A stretch of 64,000 nt of DNA from a bacterium (GTDB taxonomy: Bacteria > Sysuimicrobiota > Sysuimicrobiia > Sysuimicrobiales > Humicultoraceae). The translations under genes were made by a program, and so were the position numbers. The stretch spans positions 11,608 to 75,607 of the forward strand of contig JAVHLI010000004.1 of the NCBI GenBank assembly GCA_031082185.1. Direction: 5' to 3'. The number at the start of each line of letters is the position of its first letter. The stretch's first letter is position 1. The notes below the pieces were generated by a model. The model saw only the letters and a list, made by a program, of their open reading frames with translations, did not search any database and was not told where the DNA came from. Of the stretch, positions 27,761-38,566 are shown in pieces.

Positions 27761-29474
27761 CACCGCTCCTCCTAAGTGCCGTGGTCTGAACCTCGAACCC
27801 CATCTCGGCCGCCCGTGCCACCAGGTACTCGATGTTCTCGGTCTTGGTGCGGTCCCCCAGGCTGATGCGCTGGGTGCACCCATCGAGCGCGATGATCACA
27901 GTCTCTGCCAGGCAGGCAGGCACAAGGCCCGGACCGTAGCCCAGGTTGATATTCCAACTAGGATTCCCGGGAAGGCGCACAACTCCTCCTGGGATGACCT
28001 CGGCTCCCGGCATTGCCTTCACCGAATCGTCCACATCATAGGGCCTTCCCAGGTCTATGATGAGGCAGCCGTCCCTCACGTGTTCGGGGAAGATGACCGG
28101 GCGCGGCGAGGAGGTGGCGGTGAAGATGGCGTCGGCCTCTCGCAGCAACCCGTAGTCGGTCGTCGCCTCGATGCGCGCGCCGGGGTGGCGGCGCGCCAGC
28201 AACTCCCGCGACCGCTCCAGCCGTGACGCATCGGTCCCCAGCATGACCAGGCGCCCCACGTGCTCCACCACCTGGCGGCAGATTCCGAAGCCCACCACGC
28301 CGTTCGCCCCGACCACCGCGATCGTGGCGTCTGCCGGATCAATGCCGCGGGAGCGAAGCCGGTCGAGGATCACGGGCACCGCCATCTTCACGGTGCCGGC
28401 GGTATAGGCGCCGCCGTTGGTGACCGCGATCCCGGACCTTGCCGCCACCTCGACGCCCTTGTTCCCGACAACGGACCAGTAGGCGCCCAGCCCCAGAACC
28501 GTGGCGCCCAGATTCTCGGCAAGGTGGGCGGCCTGCACCGCCCGCCGCACCGCCAGACGGGGATGCGCTCGGATCTGGTCGGGCAGCAGCGGCACCCCAA
28601 TCAGGTAGACGCGGGCCCGCCGACCGTCGGCGGTGATGACCGGGTGGATATCGTCAACCTTCATGGGCCGCACGAAGCGCGCGACCCGGCGCACCAAGGC
28701 GTCGGAGATGATCCCGCGCCGGCGCAGGGGCATCAGCCAGCGGAACCTGCCGGCCTCCCAGTTGTCGTCAACGGTCATCGGGTGGACCAGGAATGCGCAC
28801 ACGGCATCGTCGCCCAACAGCAGCGGCAGCGGAAGGCGTTCGCCCATCCTGGGCTCGGTACCGTCGGCTATCCGCGCCAGGTGTTCCTTGTGGTTCCACA
28901 GGCTCACTATCGCAAGCGCCAGACCCAGCGCCAGGTACGGCGCACGGCCGCCCAGCGCCCACAGGCCCGCGGGCAGGCTGGCCGTGGCAAGCACCGTCGC
29001 CAGCGAGAGATAGCCCCAGCGCCGCCCCGCGATCCTCGGCACTCCCAGCGTCACCAACGCCACCACCGCGGGGATCGCCAGCGCCGGCCAGGGCACCGCG
29101 CCCAGGGCGCCCAGGCCGAGAAGCGCGCCCGCGGTTACGACAACGCCCTTCACCCGCACCGCTGCCGGCGGCGCGAGAAACCAGAAGGGCGAGTAGGCGT
29201 GGCCCGCTACAACCGCGGCCGCGGAGGCGGCCAGGGTCCAGTCGCCGCCGCCCAGCAACCGGGCGGGGACAACCGCGAGCCCTCCTTTGAGCAGATCAAG
29301 CGCGGCGGCCAGCGCGAGGGTATGGGCTCCGGCCGCGGCGGCCACCGTCCCCAGGCCGAGGTTGTGCGCGGAGTAGCGGCGCAGATCCACACCGCGCAGG
29401 AGCCGGCCCACGGCGTATCCGGTGGGAAGGCCTCCCAGAGCGAAGGCGAGGACGGTGGCTACAATGCTCAGCAC
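27738..29474 (-). CDS. plsY: Fusion protein: glycerol-3-phosphate acyltransferase PlsY (N-terminal, about 200 aa, multi-TM) plus an acyl-ACP reductase (AAR)-like Rossmann domain (C-terminal, about 350 aa).
   Basis: PlsY end motif: HKEHLARIADGTEPRMG. The C-terminal domain aligns to cyanobacterial AAR: VVGANGVVGFGICRQV, GGAYTAGTV, and a conserved Cys in LVPACLAET (compare AAR FACFAEA). Confidence 0.7.
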   Translation of the reverse strand: MLSIVATVLAFALGGLPTGYAVGRLLRGVDLRRYSAHNLGLGTVAAAAGAHTLALAAALDLLKGGLAVVPARLLGGGDWTLAASAAAVVAGHAYSPFWFLAPPAAVRVKGVVVTAGALLGLGALGAVPWPALAIPAVVALVTLGVPRIAGRRWGYLSLATVLATASLPAGLWALGGRAPYLALGLALAIVSLWNHKEHLARIADGTEPRMGERLPLPLLLGDDAVCAFLVHPMTVDDNWEAGRFRWLMPLRRRGIISDALVRRVARFVRPMKVDDIHPVITADGRRARVYLIGVPLLPDQIRAHPRLAVRRAVQAAHLAENLGATVLGLGAYWSVVGNKGVEVAARSGIAVTNGGAYTAGTVKMAVPVILDRLRSRGIDPADATIAVVGANGVVGFGICRQVVEHVGRLVMLGTDASRLERSRELLARRHPGARIEATTDYGLLREADAIFTATSSPRPVIFPEHVRDGCLIIDLGRPYDVDDSVKAMPGAEVIPGGVVRLPGNPSWNINLGYGPGLVPACLAETVIIALDGCTQRISLGDRTKTENIEYLVARAAEMGFEVQTTALRRSGDDERTGA

Positions 29475-29498
29475 AGGGGTAACTTGGTCCCGAGCAAT

Positions 29499-30131
29499 CT
29501 ACTTGGTCCCGAACAGGCGATCGCCCGCATCTCCCAACCCGGGCACGATGTAGCCCTTGTCGTTGAGGTGGCTGTCCACCTCGGCGGTGAAGATCTCAAC
29601 GTCCGGGTGGGCCTCCTGGACCTTCTTGATCCCTTCTGGCGAGGAGATGATTGCCATAACCTTGATGTTGTGGCATCCGTGGGCCTTGAGGGTGTTGATC
29701 GCCTCTACGGTTGATCCGCCGGTGGCCAGCATGGGATCGAGAATCATCGCCTCCCGCTCGGCGATGTCTGCGGGCAGCTTAACGAAGTAGCTGACCGGCT
29801 GCAGGGTTTCGTGGTCTCGGTACATGCCTATGTGTCCGACCCGCGCGGTGGGAATGAGCCGGGTGATCGCGGTCTCCATCACCAGCCCTGCCCGCAGGAT
29901 CGGAATCACCGCCAGCTCCTGCCCGGCGATGGACCAACCTGTGGTCTTGGCCAGCGGCGTCTCGACCTCGATCTCGCGTACCGGGTGCGATCGGGTTGCC
30001 TCATAGGCCATCAACGCGGCCAGTTCCTCGGTGATCTCGCGGAACTCCTTGTGGCCGGTGCGCTTGTCTCGCAGGATCGTGAGCTTGTGCCGGATGAGCG
30101 GATGGTCGAACACGTGCACGGTAGACATCAC
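29499..30131 (-). CDS. upp: Uracil phosphoribosyltransferase.
   Basis: 210 aa containing ILRAGL and DPMLATGGS. Confidence 0.9.
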   Translation of the reverse strand: MMSTVHVFDHPLIRHKLTILRDKRTGHKEFREITEELAALMAYEATRSHPVREIEVETPLAKTTGWSIAGQELAVIPILRAGLVMETAITRLIPTARVGHIGMYRDHETLQPVSYFVKLPADIAEREAMILDPMLATGGSTVEAINTLKAHGCHNIKVMAIISSPEGIKKVQEAHPDVEIFTAEVDSHLNDKGYIVPGLGDAGDRLFGTK

Positions 30132-30267
30132 CGAGCCTCCTGGATGGTCTGGAAGTTGCTACCGGCTTCGCTGCCGTACAAAGGCATCCCTCCCCATGAA
30201 GGCAAGCCGCCGGCGGCCGCCGAATACAACCTGGGACGCAACTGCACCGATCCCCTGGAGGCCGAGA

Positions 30268-31596
30268 ATGATCCTTGAGAGTCAGGACCTGGAACTGTTC
30301 GCGATAATGGCGCGCGAGCGCGCGCGGCAGCGGGACGGCATCGAGCTCATACCTTCCGAGAACTACGTCTCGGCCGCCGTGCTGGAGGCGATGGGTTCCA
30401 TTCTCACCAACAAGTACTCGGAGGGGTATCCCGGCCGCCGGTACTACGGCGGTAACGAGCATATAGACGAGATCGAGCGGCTGGCGCAGCGGCGCGCCAG
30501 GGACCTGTTCCACGTGCCGCACGTGAACGTCCAGCCCTACTCGGGCAGCCCTGCCAACTTGGCGGTGTACATGGCAACGTGCGAGCCGGGCGATGTCATA
30601 ATGGGCCAGAACCTGACCGACGGCGGTCACCTGACCCACGGGTGGAAGGTCAGCGCCACCGGAATCTTCTACCGGAGCGTCCCGTACCACGTGCGCCCCG
30701 ACGGCATGATCGACTTCGACGAGGTGCGGCGCCTGGCGCACGAAGCCAGGCCCCGCCTGATCTGGTGCGGCGCCACCGCCTATGTGCGGGAGATGCCGTT
30801 TGCGCAGTTCGCCGAGATCGCCGACGAGGTGGGGGCGTACCTGGCCGCGGACATCGCCCACATCGCCGGGCTGGTGGCCGGCGGCGCGCACCCCAGCCCG
30901 GTCGGGCACGCGCACGTCGTCACCACCACTACCCACAAGACATTGCGCGGTCCTCGCGGCGCAATGATAATGGTCACCGACCGCGGGGTTGCCAAGGACC
31001 GGCAACTGCCCGAGAAGGTTGACCGGGCCATCTTCCCAGGACTCCAGGGAGGACCGCACGACCACACCACCGCCGCGATCGCGGTTGCGCTGGCCGAGGC
31101 CTCTAGGCCGGAGTTCAGCACGTACGCCGCGCAGATCGTGGCGAACGCGCGGGCGCTGGCCGCATCGCTGATCCGCGCGGGGTTCACGCTTGTGACCGGC
31201 GGGACGGACAACCACATGCTGCTGCTGGACCTCACCCCCGGCGGCGTCGGCCGAGGCGTCTTCATGCAGGAGGCGATGGACGCGGTCGGCATCACGGCCA
31301 ACAAGAACACGATTCCCGGCGAGCCCTCGTCGGCCTTCTACCCATCGGGTGTGCGCCTAGGCACGCCGGCCGCAACGACGCGCGGCATGCGCGAGCCAGA
31401 GATGGATCAGATCGCGGGATGGATGGCCCGAGTGCACGAGGAGATCAGTCAGTTCCGGCTGCCGGAGGATCGGGAGGCCAGGAACCGGGCGTTCAAGGAG
31501 TTCCGCGCCGCGATCGGCGCAAGTCCGCGCCTCGCGGCCATCAGGGAAGAAGTGCGGGCGTTGTGCCGGCGGTTCCCGGTGCCGGGTATAGCGTAG
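30268..31596 (+). CDS. glyA: Serine hydroxymethyltransferase.
   Basis: Starts at Met80 of ORF 30031..31596 (MILESQDLELF...IELIPSENYVS...TTTTHKTLRGPRG). Confidence 0.9.
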   Translation: MILESQDLELFAIMARERARQRDGIELIPSENYVSAAVLEAMGSILTNKYSEGYPGRRYYGGNEHIDEIERLAQRRARDLFHVPHVNVQPYSGSPANLAVYMATCEPGDVIMGQNLTDGGHLTHGWKVSATGIFYRSVPYHVRPDGMIDFDEVRRLAHEARPRLIWCGATAYVREMPFAQFAEIADEVGAYLAADIAHIAGLVAGGAHPSPVGHAHVVTTTTHKTLRGPRGAMIMVTDRGVAKDRQLPEKVDRAIFPGLQGGPHDHTTAAIAVALAEASRPEFSTYAAQIVANARALAASLIRAGFTLVTGGTDNHMLLLDLTPGGVGRGVFMQEAMDAVGITANKNTIPGEPSSAFYPSGVRLGTPAATTRGMREPEMDQIAGWMARVHEEISQFRLPEDREARNRAFKEFRAAIGASPRLAAIREEVRALCRRFPVPGIA

Positions 31597-31616
31597 ACCG
31601 AATCGCAGCCCGAGCC

Positions 31617-32084
31617 CTACTTCTTGCGCTCCTTCTCGTACCTTGAGATCTTGTCGATCCGTGGGATATGTCGTCCGCCCTCGAACGAGGTCGTCAACCA
31701 GGCCCGGACGATCTCCTTGGCCACTTCCAGTCCCACTATGCGCGCGCCCAGGGCGATCATGTTGGAGTCGTTGTGGGACCTGGCCAGCCGGGCGGTCGTA
31801 ACGTCGTGGACCACTGCGCAGCGAATGCCCAGGACCTTGTTGGCCGCTATTGCTTCGCCGTTGCCGGTCCCGCCAAATATGATGCCTCGGTCGGAATCAC
31901 CGCGTGCCACCGCCTCGGCCACCGCGATGCAGTAGTCGGGGTAGTCCACGGGTTCGACCGAGCCGGTGCCGAAGTCGCGCACCTCGTGCCCGAGCTCAAG
32001 CAGCAGCCGCGCCACCTCGGCCTTAAGGATCACGCCCGCGTGGTCTCCACCGATCGCTATCCGCACACGGATCACCTCCCACAA
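31617..32084 (-). CDS. rpiB: Ribose-5-phosphate isomerase B.
   Basis: IAIGGDHAG...GTGNGEAIAANK are present. Confidence 0.85.
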   Translation of the reverse strand: MWEVIRVRIAIGGDHAGVILKAEVARLLLELGHEVRDFGTGSVEPVDYPDYCIAVAEAVARGDSDRGIIFGGTGNGEAIAANKVLGIRCAVVHDVTTARLARSHNDSNMIALGARIVGLEVAKEIVRAWLTTSFEGGRHIPRIDKISRYEKERKK

Positions 32085-32965
32085 TCAATGCCTGCGCAAC
32101 GATCCCTGTGGGGCCGACGGGCGGCGACGACGCGTTCCCATCCCAGGCCGTCGCGCCGCACCTGCACCGCCTCGTAGTCGGACCTCTGCTGCAGGAGTTC
32201 GACCACCCGAGGCGCCTGGCCTGCTGCGACCTCCAGCACCAGCCAACCTCCCGGACGCAGCGCGCCCGGCGCCTCGTCCACCAGGCGGGCGTGGACGCTC
32301 TCTCCGTACCCTGGCGCCACGACTGCCAGCGCGGGCTCGAACTCCCGGATCTCGCGCGGCAGGGCGGCGGCGACCTCCGGGGCAACGTATGGCGGGTTAC
32401 ACGCCACCACGTCGAAGTGCCATCCCCCACCTATCACCGGGCCCAGCAGGTCGCCGGCAAGGAAGGTGATGCGCTCAGCGACGCGGTGGCGAACGGCGTT
32501 GGCGCGGGCCACATCCAGCGCCCCGTGCGAGAGATCGGTGGCCACCACCCGCGCATCGGGACGCAGGACGGCCACGCTCACCGCTATCGCGCCACTGCCC
32601 GTGCCGATGTCGGCAACGACGGGACTGGTAGTGCCACACAGCAGTTCCAGCATGGTTTCCACCAGGACCTCGGTCTCTGGGCGCGGGATCAACACCCGTT
32701 CGTCCACCAGGAAGTCAAGCCCCATGAACTCGCGGCGGCCGACGATGTAGGCCAGCGGCCGCCCGCGGGCACGCTCGCCGATGTAGCCCAGGTACCGGGC
32801 CCAAGCCCCGTCGGGGACCGGCTGGTTCCATGCGATGTGAAACTGAGTGCGGTTCAGGTCGAGTGCGTGGCGCAGCAGAACCTCGGACGTGACTGCGGCC
32901 TCTTCGATCCCCAGCGCGGCCAGGCGCTCCCTGCCGACCTGCCAGGCCTCGGCGACCGTCCTCAA
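32072..32965 (-). CDS. prmC: Release factor glutamine N5-methyltransferase.
   Basis: The NPPY motif (VVACNPPYV) and the SAM-binding DIGTGSG are present. Its start overlaps prfA (ATGA). Confidence 0.85.
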   Translation of the reverse strand: MRTVAEAWQVGRERLAALGIEEAAVTSEVLLRHALDLNRTQFHIAWNQPVPDGAWARYLGYIGERARGRPLAYIVGRREFMGLDFLVDERVLIPRPETEVLVETMLELLCGTTSPVVADIGTGSGAIAVSVAVLRPDARVVATDLSHGALDVARANAVRHRVAERITFLAGDLLGPVIGGGWHFDVVACNPPYVAPEVAAALPREIREFEPALAVVAPGYGESVHARLVDEAPGALRPGGWLVLEVAAGQAPRVVELLQQRSDYEAVQVRRDGLGWERVVAARRPHRDRCAGIDCGR

Positions 32966-34050
32966 TCCACGGCCGTCAGGCGCTCTGTCTCCTCAGCCGA
33001 GGTCAGCGCGTCGACGAACTCGTCCAGGTCGCCGTCGAGGATCACGTCGAGGCGGTGGAGACTGAGCCCGATGCGATGGTCGGTCATGCGGTTCTGGGGG
33101 AAGTTGTAGGTCCGAATCTTCTCGCTGCGCACCCCGGTTCCCACCTGCAGGCGGCGCTCTTGGGCGATGGCCTCGGCCTGCTCCTGCTCGGCCTTCTCCA
33201 ACAGGTGCGCCCGCAGGATGCGCATCGCCTTCTCCCGGTTCTTGAATTGGGATCGCTCGTCCTGACAGACCACCACGATCCCCGTGGGGATGTGCCGGAT
33301 GCGCACCGCGGACTCAACCTTGTTGACGTTCTGGCCGCCGGCCCCACCCGCCCGGTAGGTTCCCACGTCAATCTCGTCGGGCTGGATGACGATCTCCACC
33401 TCCTCGGCTTCGGGCAGCACCGCCACCGTGACGGTGGACGTGTGGATGCGTCCCGAGGCCTCGGTCACCGGCACGCGCTGCACGCGGTGCACGCCGCTCT
33501 CGTACTTCAGCCGGCTGTACGCCCCGCGGCCGGTAATGGCGAAGATCACCTCCTTGAACCCGCCAATGCCGGTCGCATTCGAGGAGAGAATCTCCGGCTT
33601 CCACCGGCGCAACTCCGCGTAGCGCGTGTACATCCTGAAGAGATCTCCGGCGAACAGGGCGGCCTCATCGCCGCCCGTCCCCGCGCGGACCTCAATGATG
33701 ACGTTGCGGTCGTCGCGCGGATCGCGGGGCAGCAGGAGCACCCGCAACTCCTCCTCGAGATCGTCCATCTGCTCGAGCAGTTGGACCGCTTCACTTCTCG
33801 CCAGATCGCGGATCTCGGGGTCGGTTTCCTCGCGCACCATCACCTCGGTCTCTTCGGCCTCGCGGCAGGCTTCGCGATATGCACGGAAGCGCGACACGGT
33901 CAGATCGAGGCCCGAATACTCGCGGGCGATCTGCTGGTAGCGGGCCCGGTCGGAGTGAACCGTTGGGTCGGCCATGGCCGCGGACAGCGCCTCGAACCGG
34001 GCCTCCACCGCCTCCAGGCGGGCCTGCATGCGGGAATCCATGCGTGTCAT
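32962..34050 (-). CDS. prfA: Peptide chain release factor 1.
   Basis: GGQ ([12 protein letters not shown]) and a PxT-type motif (PVT) are present. The start is trimmed to MTRMDSRMQ. Confidence 0.9.
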   Translation of the reverse strand: MTRMDSRMQARLEAVEARFEALSAAMADPTVHSDRARYQQIAREYSGLDLTVSRFRAYREACREAEETEVMVREETDPEIRDLARSEAVQLLEQMDDLEEELRVLLLPRDPRDDRNVIIEVRAGTGGDEAALFAGDLFRMYTRYAELRRWKPEILSSNATGIGGFKEVIFAITGRGAYSRLKYESGVHRVQRVPVTEASGRIHTSTVTVAVLPEAEEVEIVIQPDEIDVGTYRAGGAGGQNVNKVESAVRIRHIPTGIVVVCQDERSQFKNREKAMRILRAHLLEKAEQEQAEAIAQERRLQVGTGVRSEKIRTYNFPQNRMTDHRIGLSLHRLDVILDGDLDEFVDALTSAEETERLTAVD

Positions 34051-34060
34051 GCCTTTTCGA

Positions 34061-34660
34061 TTATAACACCGGCACGACCGGTTCACCTGGGCGGCCTGGA
34101 ACCTGGTGGCATCTGCGGCAGCGCGCCTCGTAGGCCTCGCGCGCGCCTACCAGGATTACCGGATCGTTGTAGTGCGCCGCGCGGCTTTCCACCAGCCGCT
34201 GGGTACGGCTCGCCGGTGCCCCGCACGTCATGCAGATCGCCTGCAGCTTGGTGACTTCCTCGGCTACCGCCAGCAGGTGGGGGATCGGTCCGAAAGGCAC
34301 GCCCCGAAAGTCGGTGTCGAGCCCGGTCAGGAGAACGCGGATCCCTCTGCCGGCGAGCGTCTCGGCCACCTCCCCGATCCCGCTGTCGAGGAACTGCACC
34401 TCGTCCACGGCCACGACCTCGGTGCCCGGCTCCACCAGAGGCAGGATCTCAGCGCTGTGGGTCACGGGTATCGCCTCGATGCATACACCGTTGTGCGAGG
34501 TGATCGCACCCGCGCCGTAGCGGTCGTCCAGTGCGTGCTTGAAGACCGCCACTCGCTGCCGGGCGATCTGTGCGCGGCGCACGCGACGGATCAACTCCTC
34601 TGTCTTGCCGCTAAACATGCTCCCGCAGATAATCTCGATGCCACCGGTCGCGCGATTCAT
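34061..34660 (-). CDS. tdk: Thymidine kinase.
   Basis: [26 protein letters not shown], plus the C-terminal Zn ribbon CMTCG...CRRC. AGGAGG sits upstream. Confidence 0.9.
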   Translation of the reverse strand: MNRATGGIEIICGSMFSGKTEELIRRVRRAQIARQRVAVFKHALDDRYGAGAITSHNGVCIEAIPVTHSAEILPLVEPGTEVVAVDEVQFLDSGIGEVAETLAGRGIRVLLTGLDTDFRGVPFGPIPHLLAVAEEVTKLQAICMTCGAPASRTQRLVESRAAHYNDPVILVGAREAYEARCRRCHQVPGRPGEPVVPVL

Positions 34661-35805
34661 CGCCGCCTCCTGGTTCTTGCGCGCCTGTCCCTCCGGCCTC
34701 GCCAGGCGTCGCGGATGGCCGGCCCCGCCAGCAGGAGCACGGCCAGAACGATTGGGCCCAGGCCCAGCGCCCACAGCGCCGCCGTGACTGCCAGCCGCGT
34801 CCGGGAGGCCCGCCGTTGGACCTGCTCGCCGGCCTTCCGGCCGGCCTCCACGGCCCGAGAAGCGTCCGCAATGTCGAGCCGGCGCAGGGCTCCGGTTGCG
34901 CGCAGGGCCTCGACGTAGGCCGTCGCGCCGCCGGGCCTGGAAACCAGCCGGCCCGGGGTCTGGGCGAGGGTGTAGGCGCAGGCATATTCCACCCCACGCC
35001 TGTAGGTTAGGAAGTCCGCGTCCGAGAGGCGCGGGGGCGCCGCCTGCGCGAGCCGCGTACGCCAGCGCCGGTCGGCCTCGGCAATCGAGATGCCGAAGTA
35101 CCGTTGGAAGAGCGAGGGGAAATCGTACCACCGCGCTCCGCCGACCCGCGCAAACGCAGCCACATGGCGCAGGCCGTGCTCCTCGGCCAGGTAGGCGAGA
35201 AACGATACGCTCTGGACGTAGGCGCCCGGCAGGGCCCGGCTGAAGTCGAGCTGGTGCACGATCTCCGCAATCGGAAGCAGCCCGCCCCTATCAAGAAACA
35301 GCCTCGCGTGAGCGTGGCTGTCAATCCCGACCAGCCTGTCGGCGACGAGGTCCCCCAGCCCCCAGGAAAGGAGCGGCACGGATCGCCCCACCGCCTGGCG
35401 GACGACAATCCGCGCTATCTGATAAGGGGAGACCAGAACGTTGCCCCCCTCGACGACGGTCCCCCATCCGTGGACCGTGCCGTCCCGAAGGATCGCAAAC
35501 TGCCACCAGTCCCTCCGGAACGCATCGGGCGACGGGAACAGCGGGTAGGTGAGCACACCGTCCGGCGCAAGACCGCTGTCGCTCTCAATCTGCCGTAGGA
35601 GGTTGTCCAAGAGGGCCGCCACCGAGCCCGCCTCGGCATCTTCTCTTGTGCCGGGCAGGGTGTAGACCACGGATCGCGCGCCCGCGGTCGCCACCCAGGG
35701 CGGAACCGGGGGCGCGCCGCGATCGCCAGGCGGGATGGCGCCGGCTGACAGGATGACGCCGGCAGGCGGGCTCCACGCCAGGACGGATCCCGCGGAGAGG
35801 GCCAC
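34657..35805 (-). CDS. Hypothetical membrane-anchored protein.
   Basis: 382 aa with no recognisable catalytic motif. There is a C-terminal TM helix ([24 protein letters not shown]) and a poly-Arg tail. It sits between rpmE and tdk inside an otherwise conserved operon. The start is uncertain (GTG at 35805). Confidence 0.4.
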   Translation of the reverse strand: MALSAGSVLAWSPPAGVILSAGAIPPGDRGAPPVPPWVATAGARSVVYTLPGTREDAEAGSVAALLDNLLRQIESDSGLAPDGVLTYPLFPSPDAFRRDWWQFAILRDGTVHGWGTVVEGGNVLVSPYQIARIVVRQAVGRSVPLLSWGLGDLVADRLVGIDSHAHARLFLDRGGLLPIAEIVHQLDFSRALPGAYVQSVSFLAYLAEEHGLRHVAAFARVGGARWYDFPSLFQRYFGISIAEADRRWRTRLAQAAPPRLSDADFLTYRRGVEYACAYTLAQTPGRLVSRPGGATAYVEALRATGALRRLDIADASRAVEAGRKAGEQVQRRASRTRLAVTAALWALGLGPIVLAVLLLAGPAIRDAWRGRRDRRARTRRRR

Positions 35806-35834
35806 CAGCGCCAGGGTCAGCGGACGCGTAGGGC

Positions 35835-36041
35835 CTACTGGACCTTCAGGCCGTACTTGCGGACGAACTTCTGGACCCTGCCCTCGGCGTCAACGAACCT
35901 GCGCTGGCCGGTGTAGAAAGGATGGCACTTCGAGCAGATCTCGACGCGGATCGCCTTCTTGGTGGATCCTGCCACGAACGTCTCGCCGCAGGCGCAGGTA
36001 ACGCGCGCTTCCTGGTAGTCTGGGTGGATACCCTGCTTCAT
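35835..36041 (-). CDS. rpmE: 50S ribosomal protein L31.
   Basis: MKQGIHPDY...CxxC...[15 protein letters not shown] lies 8 nt upstream of Met8 of the ORF. Confidence 0.9.
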   Translation of the reverse strand: MKQGIHPDYQEARVTCACGETFVAGSTKKAIRVEICSKCHPFYTGQRRFVDAEGRVQKFVRKYGLKVQ

Positions 36042-36140
36042 GTCCTTCTCCTCATTTGCCATTCATCCCGGGGTGGGAACACGCGGGATTATACCAGACC
36101 GGACCACCGGCGTCGAGGCCGGCTCATGTGCGAGGACGGA

Positions 36141-37199
36141 TCAGCGAAGGTAGCTCAGGGGATTGACGGCGCGACCGTTGACGCGAACCTCGAAGTGCAG
36201 GTGCGACCCGGTGCAACGGCCGGTGCAACCGACACGGGCGATCAACTGGCCCTTCTTGACGGGCCGCCCGGGTTGGACAAGAAGGCTCGACGCGTGGCCG
36301 TACACGGTCACGACGCCGCCGCCGTGGCGGACGAACACCACCCGGCCGTAGCCGCCCTTCCACCCGGAGTACTCCACGACGCCATCGCGCGCCGCATAGA
36401 TCGGTGTGCCCCGCGGCGCGGCCAGGTCAATGCCCTCATGGTGGCGGCGGTACCGCAAGCCGAACCGCGAGGTCAAGGTGCCGCGTGTCGGCCAGATGAG
36501 GGCCCCGCCTGAGCGCAGCAGCGAGGCGTCTGCCATCACCGACCCCGACGGATACGGCCGGGTCCGCGACCGCAGCCCGACCTGCCGGTGCCGCGGAAGC
36601 GCCCCTGCCGAAACAACGATCCGCTGGCCCGGCTTGATCCAGTCGGAGTCGCCCAGATCGTTCATCGCCATCAGGTCCTCGACCCGCGTCCCATAGCGGC
36701 CGGCGATCTCCCACAGAGTCTCACCGCTCCGCACCACGTGCACCGCGGACCTTTCGGGACGCGCGACGGTACGGGCCGCGGGCAGGGAGGCAGTAACCGA
36801 CGCGGCCCCCGACGGGATTTCCAGGGACCTGCCTAGCGGCAGGATCGCGGTCAGGACCAGCCGGTTGGTCGCGGCCAGAGCCTCAACCGTCACGCCGTGC
36901 CGCTGCGCGATCGTCCAGAGGGTGTCCCCGGATTGTACCGTGTGAACGCGGGGCGTCGGGTCAGGCCTGGATGCCTTCACGGCCGCCTGTGCCGTCTTCT
37001 GTGCTGCCTGCGCCGCGGCCATCTGCCGGGCGGCATGCGCCGATGGCCGCAGGGCCACGATCTGCCGGAGGCCTTCTTCGGCGGAAGCCGGAACCACGAC
37101 GGCCTGGACAGGGGGGCGATGGGTGTCCGTAACCCCGAACGCGGGAGTAACCGCCACGAAGATCCCGAGGAGCACGATGGCTGTGGCGGGTGTGCGCAA
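36141..37199 (-). CDS. LysM-domain M23 family peptidoglycan endopeptidase.
   Basis: A TTG start is preceded by GAGGAGGG. A signal peptide is followed by about 3 LysM repeats (SGDTLWTIAQRHG..., SGETLWEIAGRYG..., GDSDWIKPGQ) and a C-terminal M23 domain (HEGIDLAAPRGTPIYA...GHASS...GSHLHFE). Confidence 0.8.
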   Translation of the reverse strand: MRTPATAIVLLGIFVAVTPAFGVTDTHRPPVQAVVVPASAEEGLRQIVALRPSAHAARQMAAAQAAQKTAQAAVKASRPDPTPRVHTVQSGDTLWTIAQRHGVTVEALAATNRLVLTAILPLGRSLEIPSGAASVTASLPAARTVARPERSAVHVVRSGETLWEIAGRYGTRVEDLMAMNDLGDSDWIKPGQRIVVSAGALPRHRQVGLRSRTRPYPSGSVMADASLLRSGGALIWPTRGTLTSRFGLRYRRHHEGIDLAAPRGTPIYAARDGVVEYSGWKGGYGRVVFVRHGGGVVTVYGHASSLLVQPGRPVKKGQLIARVGCTGRCTGSHLHFEVRVNGRAVNPLSYLR

Positions 37200-37260
37200 C
37201 CTTCCCTCCTCGGTTTGACTGGGTAGTTCTATCAGTTCGACACCGGGCTGGGGGTTCCTG

Positions 37261-38523
37261 CTACGGCCCGTTGTCTTCTGAGCTCTTGACGATGGACCTA
37301 AGGAAGCCCGCGTTGTTCGCGGTCTTGCGCAGCCGGTCAAGGATAAGCTCGGTTACCGCCACCGTATCAAGCTGCTCGAGGCTCTTGCGCAGCACCCAGA
37401 CCTTGCGCAACTCCTCGTCGGTCAGCAGCAGCTCCTCGCGCCGAGTGCCCGACATCTTGATGTCAATTGCCGGGAAGGTGCGCCGCTCCTGGAGCTTCCG
37501 GTTGAGGTGCAGCTCCATGTTGCCCGTACCCTTGAACTCCTCGTAGATCACGTCGTCCATCCGGCTGCCGGTGTCTACAAGGGCTGTGGCAATGATGGTC
37601 AGGCTGCCGCCCTCCTCGATCTTGCGCGCGGCGCCGAAGAACCGCTTGGGCCTGTGCAGGGCCGCGGGGTCGAGTCCGCCCGAAAGCGTGCGGCCCGACG
37701 GCGGGATGACCAGGTTGTTCGCGCGGGAGAACCGGGTCAGGCTGTCGAGCAGGATCACGACGTCCCGGCCTCCTTCCACGATACGTTTGGCGCGCTCCAA
37801 GACCAGGTCGGCCACCTGGATGTGCTCCTCGGGCGCCCGGTCGAAGGTGCTGGCCACGACCTCGGCCTCCACGGAGCGCCGCATGTCGGTGACCTCTTCG
37901 GGGCGCTCGTCGAGCAGCAGCACCATGAGGTAGATCTCGCTGTGATTCTGTACTATAGACTGCCCGATCTTCTTGAGCAGGGTGGTCTTCCCGGCCTTGG
38001 GCGGCGAGACAATCATGCCGCGCTGCCCCTTGCCGATGGGCGCGAACAGGTCCACCACCCGCACGGTTAGGTCGGACTCGGGCAACTCCAGCCGGATCCG
38101 CTCAAGCGGGAAGATCGGCGTCAGGTGCTCGAACGAGGGACGCGAGCGCGCCTGCTCCGGGTCGAGGCCGTTGACCGCCTCCACGCGCAGGAGCGCGAAG
38201 TACTTCTCGTTGTCCTTCGGCGGCCGGACCTGACCCAGGACCTCGTCGCCTACGCGCAACCCGAACCGCTTGATTTGCGAGGGCGACACGTAGATGTCCT
38301 CGCCCCCGGGCAGGTATCCGCTGGTCCGGAGGAAGCCGTAGCCCTCCGGCATGATCTCCAGGATCCCGGCGCGAATCAGCAGGCCCGCATCCTCGGTCTG
38401 CTTCTGAAGCACGCGCATGATCAGCTCCTGCTTCCGGTAGCGCCGGTAGTTGGCTATGTTGAGCTCACGGGCCATGTCCTGGAGCTCCGCGAGGGTCTTG
38501 GTTTCGAGTTCGGCTATCGGCAC
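37261..38523 (-). CDS. rho: Transcription termination factor Rho.
   Basis: 420 aa with an N-terminal RNA-binding domain and RecA-type ATPase motifs. Confidence 0.9.
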   Translation of the reverse strand: MPIAELETKTLAELQDMARELNIANYRRYRKQELIMRVLQKQTEDAGLLIRAGILEIMPEGYGFLRTSGYLPGGEDIYVSPSQIKRFGLRVGDEVLGQVRPPKDNEKYFALLRVEAVNGLDPEQARSRPSFEHLTPIFPLERIRLELPESDLTVRVVDLFAPIGKGQRGMIVSPPKAGKTTLLKKIGQSIVQNHSEIYLMVLLLDERPEEVTDMRRSVEAEVVASTFDRAPEEHIQVADLVLERAKRIVEGGRDVVILLDSLTRFSRANNLVIPPSGRTLSGGLDPAALHRPKRFFGAARKIEEGGSLTIIATALVDTGSRMDDVIYEEFKGTGNMELHLNRKLQERRTFPAIDIKMSGTRREELLLTDEELRKVWVLRKSLEQLDTVAVTELILDRLRKTANNAGFLRSIVKSSEDNGP

Positions 38524-38566
38524 GGCTAGATCACCTCTCCTGTTCGGTCCCCACCGCGGCGAGGGC

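Noticed and set aside
30132-30267. Possible ZTP (pfl) or other riboswitch in the 136-nt glyA leader; it contains a perfect palindrome GCCGCCGGCGGC.
   Set aside because: The conserved pfl elements (UGACUGGCG, ACCGGGGAGC, CGCCUGGGCA) are not present, only loose resemblances (ACCGGC, CCUGGGAC). It is probably just a GC-rich structured leader.
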